DNA from: Candidatus Iainarchaeum sp.
GTDB lineage: Archaea; Iainarchaeota; Iainarchaeia; Iainarchaeales; GCA-2688035
Length of the DNA stretch: 64,000 nucleotides
Direction of reading: 5' to 3'
NCBI GenBank assembly: GCA_017610205.1
Contig: JAFCCL010000002.1
Span: forward strand, 64,001 to 128,000
The position numbers were made by a program, and so were the translations under genes. Positions 48,164 through 56,603 of the stretch are shown piece after piece; the first letter of the stretch is position 1; each line of letters begins with the position of its first letter. A model generated the notes under the pieces. That model had not been told where the DNA came from. It saw only the letters and a list, made by a program, of their open reading frames with translations, and searched no databases.

Positions 48164-48454
48164 CTATATTTTAAATATTTGCACGTGCTTTACTTTTGCA
48201 ATTTCAATCACATTATCTTTTGAAACAAGGCCTTCCTCCAATGCAATTTGAACTGCCTTGTTTCCAACAATATTAATGTTTTCAAATTCGTGGAGTTTGA
48301 TTCGCAATTCTTCAATTGACACAGGCTCTCCGTTGTAAAAGCTATTGCTTACAACAAACTCTGTTTTTTTGCCATTGAGTGTTTTGCCACAAAGCTCTTT
48401 GTCACAAACACCAAGAACAGCATTACTTCCCAAACCATGAACCCTGCAAAGAAT
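48164..48454 (-). CDS. DUF424 family protein
   Basis: VLGVCDKELCGK, FYNG, NINIVG, VKHVQI; homology extends to ATT at 48454 (first TTG at 48433). Confidence 0.85.
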   Translation of the reverse strand: MLCRVHGLGSNAVLGVCDKELCGKTLNGKKTEFVVSNSFYNGEPVSIEELRIKLHEFENINIVGNKAVQIALEEGLVSKDNVIEIAKVKHVQIFKI

Positions 48455-48466
48455 TTAAACCAACTC

Positions 48467-48874
48467 TTAAAGCCCTTTGACACTGCTTATTGCACCACAG
48501 GCTTCACACTTTAACATTTTTACACCGTGCTTTTCAACAACCTTGGTATCAGGCCTTTTGCACTCAGGGCACAAAATAAACTGATTAATATAGCTTTCAA
48601 TAAGTTTGTTTACCTGCTCTCTGTTAAATTTTCCATTTAATACAAGTCTGTTGTTGTCGTCAATTGCTGCAGAAGTAGCTGTTTCTTTTGCAATAAATTT
48701 AAAAAGGTGCTTTTTGTCCCTATTAATTGCCTTCAAAATTGCTGAAAAATTTCTCACAATGGTTTTGTGGCCCTGAATAAAAGACTCAACCTGCGGCATT
48801 TCAAAACGCTCGTGCTTTTTTGTACTCTCAGGCAAACAAGCATAAAGCCTTTCAAGCATCTTTTCATATTCCAT
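48467..48874 (-). CDS. eif2b: translation initiation factor aIF-2 beta
   Basis: YEKMLERLY, ERFEMP, TIVRNF, CPECKRPDT, CEACGA. Confidence 0.96.
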   Translation of the reverse strand: MEYEKMLERLYACLPESTKKHERFEMPQVESFIQGHKTIVRNFSAILKAINRDKKHLFKFIAKETATSAAIDDNNRLVLNGKFNREQVNKLIESYINQFILCPECKRPDTKVVEKHGVKMLKCEACGAISSVKGL

Positions 48875-48960
48875 GAAATAATTTGTTACTGCGAGCATTT
48901 TTAACCCTTTCCAAAGCAGGAAAAAGAAAACATTATTAATTACGGGATTGTAATAGCTAC

Positions 48961-49509
48961 ATGGACTTTTCAATCTTCTTAAGCGGAACCGCGGAAATTG
49001 TTTCATTCTTTACGCAGTTTTTTTACGGCTCTCCCTGGGGAATCCCACTGCTTTTCCTGTTTACCTTGTTTGCAAACGCCTCAATAGTGCTTCCAATCCT
49101 TGTAGAACCAGTAGTGCTTGCAGTTGCAGCATTTGCACCAAACATTTGGACAGCAATCTTTGTGGGAATTTTAACAGGCACTGCAGCAGCAATTGGAGAA
49201 ATGTCAGGATATATTCTTGGATTGCTTGGAGTAAAAACCCTTAAAAAAATGAGCAAGGCCAAAATTGAAAAAGTTTTTGAAGTCGGAGAAAAACTTGCAG
49301 ACAAAGGCATGCCAATAATTTTTATATTCGCCTTCACACCATTGCCTTTTGACTTGATAGGAATTGCAGGAGGAATAATAAAATACGACCCAAAAAGGTT
49401 TTTTTTGGCAACATGGCTTGGGAAACTCTTAAGGTATGTTTTGGTTGCATTAGTTGGATTTCTTGGAATGGAAGCATTACCATGGCTTGGGACATTACTA
49501 GGGCTATAA
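48961..49509 (+). CDS. VTT/DedA (SNARE-associated) family membrane protein
   Basis: AAIGEMSGYILG, FAFTPLPFD, LGKLLRY. Confidence 0.88.
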   Translation: MDFSIFLSGTAEIVSFFTQFFYGSPWGIPLLFLFTLFANASIVLPILVEPVVLAVAAFAPNIWTAIFVGILTGTAAAIGEMSGYILGLLGVKTLKKMSKAKIEKVFEVGEKLADKGMPIIFIFAFTPLPFDLIGIAGGIIKYDPKRFFLATWLGKLLRYVLVALVGFLGMEALPWLGTLLGL

Positions 49510-49556
49510 GAAAGGTTTAAAAATATTAGAAAAAGAAATATATAAGTGAAAGGAAT

Positions 49557-49733
49557 ATGACAATAAGAAAACCAGTTGCGAAGAGTATAGCAAAAAAATC
49601 GCCTACGATAAAATTGTCAGCGATTGAGAGAATTAGACAACGACTTGCACATTCACAAGCTGATCGCTTAAATTACAAAAAACAACTTGCCAAAGTCCGG
49701 AAACAACTTAAAAAAGCAAAAAGAGTTGGCTGA
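49557..49733 (+). CDS. small very basic protein (58 aa)
   Basis: AGGA RBS; manual translation MTIRKPVAKSIAKKSPTIKLSAIERIRQRLAHSQADRLNYKKQLAKVRKQLKKAKRVG. Confidence 0.55.
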   Translation: MTIRKPVAKSIAKKSPTIKLSAIERIRQRLAHSQADRLNYKKQLAKVRKQLKKAKRVG

Positions 49734-49766
49734 TTTTTTTAAATTCAATTTTTTAAAAACCTTTTT

Positions 49767-50591
49767 TTAAAAGCCTAAGGCAATTAAAGCAAGCCATACA
49801 AAAATCATCAAAACAGCCTGCAAAGGAAGGGCAGGCAATGCTTTGCCAACATGCCTTCCAACCCAGTCCATTGTAAAAACCAATCCGATTATTGAAGCAA
49901 CCAAAATCATTGCTGCAGGGACAAGATAAAAAGGATAGGCGGCAGAGCTTGCCTTCATTACGCTTACTGCAAATACCAATGGCAAAACAAGGTCGCCTGT
50001 TCCAAGCTCAAACTGATGCTCTTTTGTAGGAATTGCAACAGTAAAAGCAAGGTTTTTTCCGGAAATTCCTTTAGCAAGCTTAACCATGTGCTTTGTTTTA
50101 AACACTGCAATGAAATCGTAGACAGACAAAAGGATTAGAAAAACAAGAACAGGAATTACGCCAAGAGAAACACCTATAAGCGCACCAACACCAGCAACAG
50201 AAATAATTGCCGCAATATTTCTTATAAAAACGCTTTTTGGAAGCAGTAGCCTTAGTGCAATAAGTTCAACTGCAAAAACAAAAGCAATTGTTTCAGGAAC
50301 AAAGGTACTGAAAACAATAATTGAAGTGGTAAAAACAACAAATATTTCAAAAACCCTGAACAAGCCAGGGCCTTTGAAGAAAAACATGAAAACCAAAAGC
50401 ATTGCTGTAAAAAACAAAATTCCTGCAATTAAAAAAACCGCATTCAGCGGGTCATCAGGGCTGTCAGTAAAAATGGTTGGTTGCTCCATTTCACCTGAAG
50501 AAATTTCAGCAATTAAATCAGCACCAACACCAAGTCCAATAACCTGTGCAAGCACAAAAATCAAAACAAGCTTTGGCAAAACCTTTTGCAT
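49767..50591 (-). CDS. presenilin/SPP-like intramembrane aspartyl protease
   Basis: YD (SVYDFIAV), GxGD (LGTGD), PALP. Confidence 0.93.
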   Translation of the reverse strand: MQKVLPKLVLIFVLAQVIGLGVGADLIAEISSGEMEQPTIFTDSPDDPLNAVFLIAGILFFTAMLLVFMFFFKGPGLFRVFEIFVVFTTSIIVFSTFVPETIAFVFAVELIALRLLLPKSVFIRNIAAIISVAGVGALIGVSLGVIPVLVFLILLSVYDFIAVFKTKHMVKLAKGISGKNLAFTVAIPTKEHQFELGTGDLVLPLVFAVSVMKASSAAYPFYLVPAAMILVASIIGLVFTMDWVGRHVGKALPALPLQAVLMIFVWLALIALGF

Positions 50592-50673
50592 AAAGAAAAA
50601 AGAATGCAATAGTGCTTAAATAATTGATGGAAGAAAGCAAATCATTTAATATTACAAAACTGAAGTTTAATAC

Positions 50674-51261
50674 ATGGCAAAGAAAAAACCTGTACAACTA
50701 GGCAGGTGGAAGCAAACCACTAAAAGAAGGCGAACCTTTTTTAGAAGGGCTTTGGCTTCAACAGATGCTTCTATAAAGGAAATTGCAGCACGTTCTGGTG
50801 TAAGTCGCGGTACTGCTTATTCCTTTAATAAAAAATTTAAAATAAGGTCAAAAAAAGAAGTCGCTCATTTGGCTGCAAAAGCTAGACAAAAAGTGAGAGC
50901 CACTAGGAGAGAAAAAATTTTGTCCTTTTCCTTTGAAGAAAAACAAGTCCTTCTCGCACAACACAAGCCGGCTCTTATTTCTGTTGTTAAAAAATGGTGG
51001 AGTTCAAAATCAATCAAGAAAGAATTCGGAGAATTTAAAGATTTCTACCAAGAAATGAGTAACTATGTCTTTGAACAGCTTGATTACTATAACCCAAAAT
51101 ACTTGATTGAGGGAAAACCTAGAAGCGTTCTTAGCTGGATGATGGACGGTGCAAAAATCTTCTGCAAACGGTCCTATAAATATGCATCAGAAAAAAGAGA
51201 AAAAGAGATGCCACGTGACAAAAAAGATCGGTTTTATTCCGAAGTTGAAATCGTAACATAA
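50674..51261 (+). CDS. HTH + sigma-70 region 2-like protein (N-terminal half of an interrupted gene)
   Basis: SIKEIAARSGVSRGTAY HTH; LLAQHKPALISVVKKW...DFYQE...LDYYNPK...SVLSWM. Confidence 0.65.
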   Translation: MAKKKPVQLGRWKQTTKRRRTFFRRALASTDASIKEIAARSGVSRGTAYSFNKKFKIRSKKEVAHLAAKARQKVRATRREKILSFSFEEKQVLLAQHKPALISVVKKWWSSKSIKKEFGEFKDFYQEMSNYVFEQLDYYNPKYLIEGKPRSVLSWMMDGAKIFCKRSYKYASEKREKEMPRDKKDRFYSEVEIVT

Positions 51262-51279
51262 TCTAGAGGTAAATCACGC

Positions 51280-51600
51280 TTGATTCCAAAATTTGGATTA
51301 TCGGAAATCCCTAATCCGACAAAGAGTTTTCTAAGACGTCTTGGGTTTAACCTTCAACAAGTTAGAGAGTTTGGCTTTGAAGAAATCAAAGAACAACTGC
51401 TTAAAATTTCTAATTCTGAGAAAACAGGGTTAAATAAAAGGGAAAAGCAAGTTGTAAAATTAAGGCTTGATGGAAAAGACGGTTCTGAAATAGGAAAAGC
51501 TTTGAGTAGCAGTAGGCAGTGGGCTAGTAAGTTTCATACAAGTGCAATAAAAAAGATAAAAATACAGCTTGAAAAAAAGCGCCCTTCCTCTGGGACTTAA
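51280..51600 (+). CDS. sigma-70 region 4-like protein (C-terminal half, same frame)
   Basis: LNKREKQVVKLRLDGKDGSEIGKALSSSRQWASKFHTSAIKKIK; in frame with the upstream ORF across TAA 51259-51261; GAGGT upstream of TTG. Confidence 0.65.
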   Translation: MIPKFGLSEIPNPTKSFLRRLGFNLQQVREFGFEEIKEQLLKISNSEKTGLNKREKQVVKLRLDGKDGSEIGKALSSSRQWASKFHTSAIKKIKIQLEKKRPSSGT

Positions 51601-54600
51601 TCCTTCCTTGTTGGCTTTAAGAAATTGTGCCTTGGCCTGTATAATTCACCATTCTTTTCAAGCTTTTGAATCAGGTCTCTCGCCCTTTCCTTATCAATGC
51701 CTTCAGAAACAGCTTCGTTTAATACATCCTGCAATGGAACATTGTCCATTTCAGCTGCCTTTTCTCTCAAAATTGAAAGAATCTTTCTCATATTTGTTAT
51801 CTGAGTATGAGTTTGTCCGGTCATAATAATGTCATAATCTATTTTTCCTGTTTCAGGATCTGTTACAACATCGCTCAAACTTGCCTTAACAAGCTTTATA
51901 GCTCTTTCAGCATCCTCTTTTTCAGCAGTGTCTGAAAGCCTTATTCTTGCACTTGCCTCTGCAAGCCTTACAAGCCCTTCAAGCTGCCTGTGAGTAGCAG
52001 CATAGCTTCCCTCTTTTCTGCCAATATCCCTTAAACCAATATAAAAATCCCCAATTGCCTGAATTGCTTCCTTGCTCATCACAGGAAAAATATTTTGCCT
52101 TGTAAAAGAAATGTACTTTCCCAAAAGCTCTGGGTCAACAGGCGGGGTTGAAATTAATTCAATGTCTTCCTGGTCTTCCTTTTTGAGAGCATTTCCTTTT
52201 TTCTTGTACTGTGAAATTAATTCACCGCTTTTGTGAGTTTTCAAAATGTGTGCTGTTATGGCTTCGTCCTTTGTCCTGTCCAACACATCCTTTATCATAA
52301 AGAAAAGGTCAAATCGTGAAATAAGCGATGCAGGCAAATTAATTTGTTCAATGAAAGGAGTATATTGTTCAAACCTTGACATTTTGGGGTTTGCAGCAGC
52401 AAGAATGCTTGTGTCAGATTTAAACCTTGTTACAATTCCGGCTTTTGCAACCGAAATCATTCCCTGCTCCATTGCCTCGTGCATTGCACTTCTGTCCTCT
52501 GCATCCATTTTGTCCAATTCATCAACCATGCAGATTCCGCCACTGCTTAAAACAAGAGCTCCTGCTTTTAGAGTCCAGCCTCCTTCACCAAAATCATCCT
52601 TAACAGCCGAGGCAGTGTTATGGACAAAAATTCCATTTGCAATAAAATTATGATCTTTTTTAACAGAAAAATCGTAAACAAATTCATAGCATGGCTTGAA
52701 GCATTCTTTTTCTGACACCTCTTCCCATAGGATATCAGATTTTGCAAGCTGTTTAAGCAATAAATTATTAAAAGATTTTTTTCTAACAAACTTTTGAAGT
52801 TTTTTTCTTGAAATGTTTAACCTTCCACTGCTGTAAATCCATTCTGCGTTTTGGTTTTTTAGCAATTGATGTATACTTGGAATTATATCAATGTTTGTAT
52901 TTTCCTCAGGTGCTTTTGAAATAAGTTCTCTTAACTTTTTCTTTTTTTCTACAAGATTGAATCCTATTTGCTTTTCAAATGTTTCAATGTTTTTTTTGCC
53001 TCTTATTTCAGTATAATACTGGTCATGGCTGCTTGTTACAGAAATTTTTTTTTCTACGGCAATTTTTTCGGCCTTTTTCCTTTTTCTCAGCTTGCTCTGG
53101 ATTCCAAATTTAAGCAATGCCAAATGAAGACTTTTTGCAAGCCCTTTGCTTATTGTAGTAATTCCAACACTTGAAGAATAGTTTTTCCCAATGACAACCC
53201 AGCCATCAGTATCAAAAAGACCTTGTAACAACTTTGCCAAAATATTATTTGGCATTTCTGTTGCAAGATGCGAGATTCTTATCCTGGTTTTGTCACGATT
53301 AAGCCCAAATGCCTTCAATAGCTCACATACAACCCTATAGCTGATTCTTCTCGCAGGCACTCTAAAACCGTCGTTAATTTTTTCAGGAAGCAAACCAAAC
53401 AGTTCCAAAGATATGGCATCAATTTCTTGTAGCAGTTGTTCAGTAGCACTGAATATTCTTATTGTTGAGGTGCCGTTGCCTTTTTCCCAAAGGCTTCCGT
53501 CTCCAAGCGCAAGACCTGCAAGATATGCAAGTTTTTCATTATCAAGGTATATTGGAATTTTCATTGGCTTTCCATGGTTTACAAAAACCTCAGAAATCTG
53601 TTTTGATATGTCCTCCAAAGAAAACCCAGCTTCTTGACTCAATTCAATTAAATTTTTAAGAGAAATTGCATGATAGTGTCGTTTGTTTCTTATAGCATAG
53701 ATGGTATCCCTGCTTTTGCCAATTTTTTTTGCTATTTTCTGCAAAGACCCGTAATCTTTAACAAGAATGTCTGTTATTTCTTTCAGTAATTCAGCAACAT
53801 TATCTTTCACCAGAATGTTTTTGTCATTGGCAAGCAAGCTTATTGAAGGAATGTTTTTTTTGTTTCCTTCAGGCAATTTTCTTGGACACGCAACAAAATC
53901 CCCTTTTCCAAGGTCTTCTGATTTAACCCATTCAATTTTGTTGTCTTTTAATCTAACAAGCGAAGTGTTTGGAGTGAGCTCTATTTCTTTCCCAAGCCTT
54001 GTTTTAATTCTAATCATTTCTTCAGGTGCCTTTATTTTCCAAATTTTGTAAATATCTTCCTTTTCAAGCTTCAACTTTGAACCCAAACAATGGCTTTTTC
54101 CGCTAAAATTATTTGCCCAAGCATTTGGAATTTCTTCAACCGAATTTTCTTCACAAAAATTTTCTTCAACAAAATCCTTAATTGGCTTGAAACCGTTGTC
54201 ATTAAGAATTAAGGAATCCGGAGCTACACACAAACCCACACCAGAAGTTGTCTTTCCAGCAGTGTAAATGCTTCTTGGAGCAATATTGTGAGAAGACTGA
54301 AGGATTTGACTCTTTCCTGTTCCAGGATCTCCAACCAGCAAAACATGAACATTGCCCCTGATGGTTTGGTTTCCCGGCAAATGCTTTTTGACTCCTCCAA
54401 AAAGCTGCAGTATAATTGATTCCTTTACAGTTTCGTGCCCATAAATTGCAGGCGCAATGCTTTTTGTAAGCTTTTCATAAATTTCAGGATTTTCTGCCAA
54501 AGCCCTTATTTCGTTCTCCTCCTCAGGCGTTACCTCAACAGATTCAAATTCCCGCTGGGTTTCCTCCAAATGCAATGCCTCCAAATACCTTCCATAAATT

Positions 54601-55313
54601 GTTTTCTTTTTGTCAGGCAAAGCAAGCCTTAAAATTCCAACAAACCTTGTTTTGTCACCTGCACTAATTCTGTTAACCAAATCGTCTGCAATATAAATAT
54701 TAAGAGTTGAAGCCTGTTCATTTCCCTTAAGCTTTTCCAAAGGCTCCTGAATTTCAATTCTTTGACTGTCAATAAATTCTGATTGCTCTGGCACAAGCTC
54801 AAAGTCTCTGTGCCTGCACTCGCAAAAAGAAGGCATTTGAAGCTGCTGGTTATCCTGCTTTTTCTTATAAGTGTTGCCACAGTGCTTGCATTTCCACACT
54901 GCAAGCTGTAATTTTGGCATAACTGTTGTAATTTGCCTTACAATACCTTCAACAGCAATAAGCTTTCCCAACTGCTTTGCACTAATGTCTCTGACAAGGG
55001 GCTCGTGTTCTTTTGGCAAATTAAAAAAACGAACGTGTGGTGAAAATTTTTCAATTTCAAGAGCAGGAACCTCTATTTGTTCAACTGCATCCTTTGCAGC
55101 CTCCAAAAGAAGTTCAGGGCGGTCAAGAACTGCATCAGCAAGCTCTATGTCAAACCTCTCCAAAAGAGTAAAGTCAATATCAAGGCTTCTTTTGTCAGGA
55201 TAGTTTTCAACAAGCCTTTCAAGCTCTCTTTTGTAATTTGCTTCAAAAAATTCCAAGAATTTGGAAACGTAAGGGCTTTCACTGTCCTCCCTGATTTTTT
55301 CCTCCAAAGACAT
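51597..55313 (-). CDS. mcm: MCM replicative helicase containing an intein
   Basis: GDPGTGKS, VDELDKM, HEAMEQ, AAANP, SRFDL, C-terminal wHTH. Confidence 0.97.
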   Translation of the reverse strand: MSLEEKIREDSESPYVSKFLEFFEANYKRELERLVENYPDKRSLDIDFTLLERFDIELADAVLDRPELLLEAAKDAVEQIEVPALEIEKFSPHVRFFNLPKEHEPLVRDISAKQLGKLIAVEGIVRQITTVMPKLQLAVWKCKHCGNTYKKKQDNQQLQMPSFCECRHRDFELVPEQSEFIDSQRIEIQEPLEKLKGNEQASTLNIYIADDLVNRISAGDKTRFVGILRLALPDKKKTIYGRYLEALHLEETQREFESVEVTPEEENEIRALAENPEIYEKLTKSIAPAIYGHETVKESIILQLFGGVKKHLPGNQTIRGNVHVLLVGDPGTGKSQILQSSHNIAPRSIYTAGKTTSGVGLCVAPDSLILNDNGFKPIKDFVEENFCEENSVEEIPNAWANNFSGKSHCLGSKLKLEKEDIYKIWKIKAPEEMIRIKTRLGKEIELTPNTSLVRLKDNKIEWVKSEDLGKGDFVACPRKLPEGNKKNIPSISLLANDKNILVKDNVAELLKEITDILVKDYGSLQKIAKKIGKSRDTIYAIRNKRHYHAISLKNLIELSQEAGFSLEDISKQISEVFVNHGKPMKIPIYLDNEKLAYLAGLALGDGSLWEKGNGTSTIRIFSATEQLLQEIDAISLELFGLLPEKINDGFRVPARRISYRVVCELLKAFGLNRDKTRIRISHLATEMPNNILAKLLQGLFDTDGWVVIGKNYSSSVGITTISKGLAKSLHLALLKFGIQSKLRKRKKAEKIAVEKKISVTSSHDQYYTEIRGKKNIETFEKQIGFNLVEKKKKLRELISKAPEENTNIDIIPSIHQLLKNQNAEWIYSSGRLNISRKKLQKFVRKKSFNNLLLKQLAKSDILWEEVSEKECFKPCYEFVYDFSVKKDHNFIANGIFVHNTASAVKDDFGEGGWTLKAGALVLSSGGICMVDELDKMDAEDRSAMHEAMEQGMISVAKAGIVTRFKSDTSILAAANPKMSRFEQYTPFIEQINLPASLISRFDLFFMIKDVLDRTKDEAITAHILKTHKSGELISQYKKKGNALKKEDQEDIELISTPPVDPELLGKYISFTRQNIFPVMSKEAIQAIGDFYIGLRDIGRKEGSYAATHRQLEGLVRLAEASARIRLSDTAEKEDAERAIKLVKASLSDVVTDPETGKIDYDIIMTGQTHTQITNMRKILSILREKAAEMDNVPLQDVLNEAVSEGIDKERARDLIQKLEKNGELYRPRHNFLKPTRKD
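52617..54230 (-). mobile_element. intein with LAGLIDADG homing endonuclease in MCM (538 aa)
   Basis: Inserted at SGVGL|TASAV; starts CVAPDS, ends FVHN/T; LAGLALGDGS and LQGLFDTDGW motifs. Confidence 0.96.
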
Positions 55314-55939
55314 TTTTTACCACTTTATAAAAATTCTCCCATTTCTCCCTTTTAAAACCGCTTCAAAGAGCAGGTTTCCGCTAAAAATCCCCTTCAGAAG
55401 AGTTTCCCCTAATATTCCAGAAATCAAAAAAAATTCGTGTTGGATTGAAAAAAAAATCTTTCAATACTATTAGTACACTAAAATAATTATAGGTAAGCAA
55501 TTGACAAAACAAACCAAAACAAGAATGACTAATTTGGAAAGCAAACCCATTACCCAATATTTGAAGGAGGAGGCCGCTTTCTTGTCCTCATAATCTTTCT
55601 TGGAACTCCTGACGGACCAAGCATTGAGGGAACCCGATTATTTCTCCGTATGCGGTTCAATCACCTCTTAAGCCAGGCAGGAATATCCAACCTCATATTG
55701 TAATAATACTCAAAACACTGTATTAAGGTTTTGGGGAAAAAGAGATCTGATTTTGCTATCGTTTTCCCCTCATCATCTCCAATTCCGAGTTTTTTCTTAG
55801 GACTCTGCTTTCCTTGACGGAAAAAGGCAAAGGGTTAATAAATTTGGCGATGTTAATATTGGTGTATGACAAAGAAGGAATATTTGGCCAAACTTAACAA
55901 ATTTATTAAGGCAAGTAATATTCGAAAGACTTAACCAGC

Positions 55940-56452
55940 TTAATCAGTAATTAGCATTCTTTTCATTTCAAATTCTTTTAGAGTTCTTGGGGAAATGTTT
56001 TTGTCAGTTGTATGAAAGCAAACACAACCATACTGGTAGCCAACTGCTATATTGATAGCGTCTTTAAATCCACAAACAGTATCAGATTTTACTGCCTTTT
56101 TCACCAATTCCAAAGTTTTGTTATCAACATTGTATATTTCAATTTCAAAAGTTGAGATTATGAAATTCAACGCATTCATTAACGGTCCAGTTTTCACTAA
56201 AGAATTGTCCATTTGTGCAGTATGAATTCGTTTTACTACCTCTCCAATTGCATGCGTACTGGTCAAAGACTTTCTCTGTTTTCCTCTAAAAGAGTAAAGT
56301 AAGTCGTCACACGTTTTTTTCTTTCTTTCAGCCAATAAAGTTCCAATAAATACGTCAGCATCAATAAAGTGCAATTGCTGTTTTTCTATTATTCGGTCTC
56401 TCTTTTTTCTTAACTTGTTGTGCTTTTGGTAGCGATGTTTGTCTGTCATCAC
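55940..56452 (-). CDS. PIN domain (VapC-like) protein
   Basis: FIDADVF, AIGE, FKDAINIA, TTD acidic residues; basic N-terminal extension. Confidence 0.8.
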   Translation of the reverse strand: MMTDKHRYQKHNKLRKKRDRIIEKQQLHFIDADVFIGTLLAERKKKTCDDLLYSFRGKQRKSLTSTHAIGEVVKRIHTAQMDNSLVKTGPLMNALNFIISTFEIEIYNVDNKTLELVKKAVKSDTVCGFKDAINIAVGYQYGCVCFHTTDKNISPRTLKEFEMKRMLITD

Positions 56453-56603
56453 GTAAATTGGAAATAGGATTGTTTAAAATTCTATGGAAATTTCCGTCTA
56501 TTGCCCAATTCAGAATTTTTTCAAAAAGGCAGTGGTTACTTGGCAGTGGACTATTATAGAAAGGAATAAAAGACTTTGATGGGGTGATAATTATTTGATA
56601 TAG

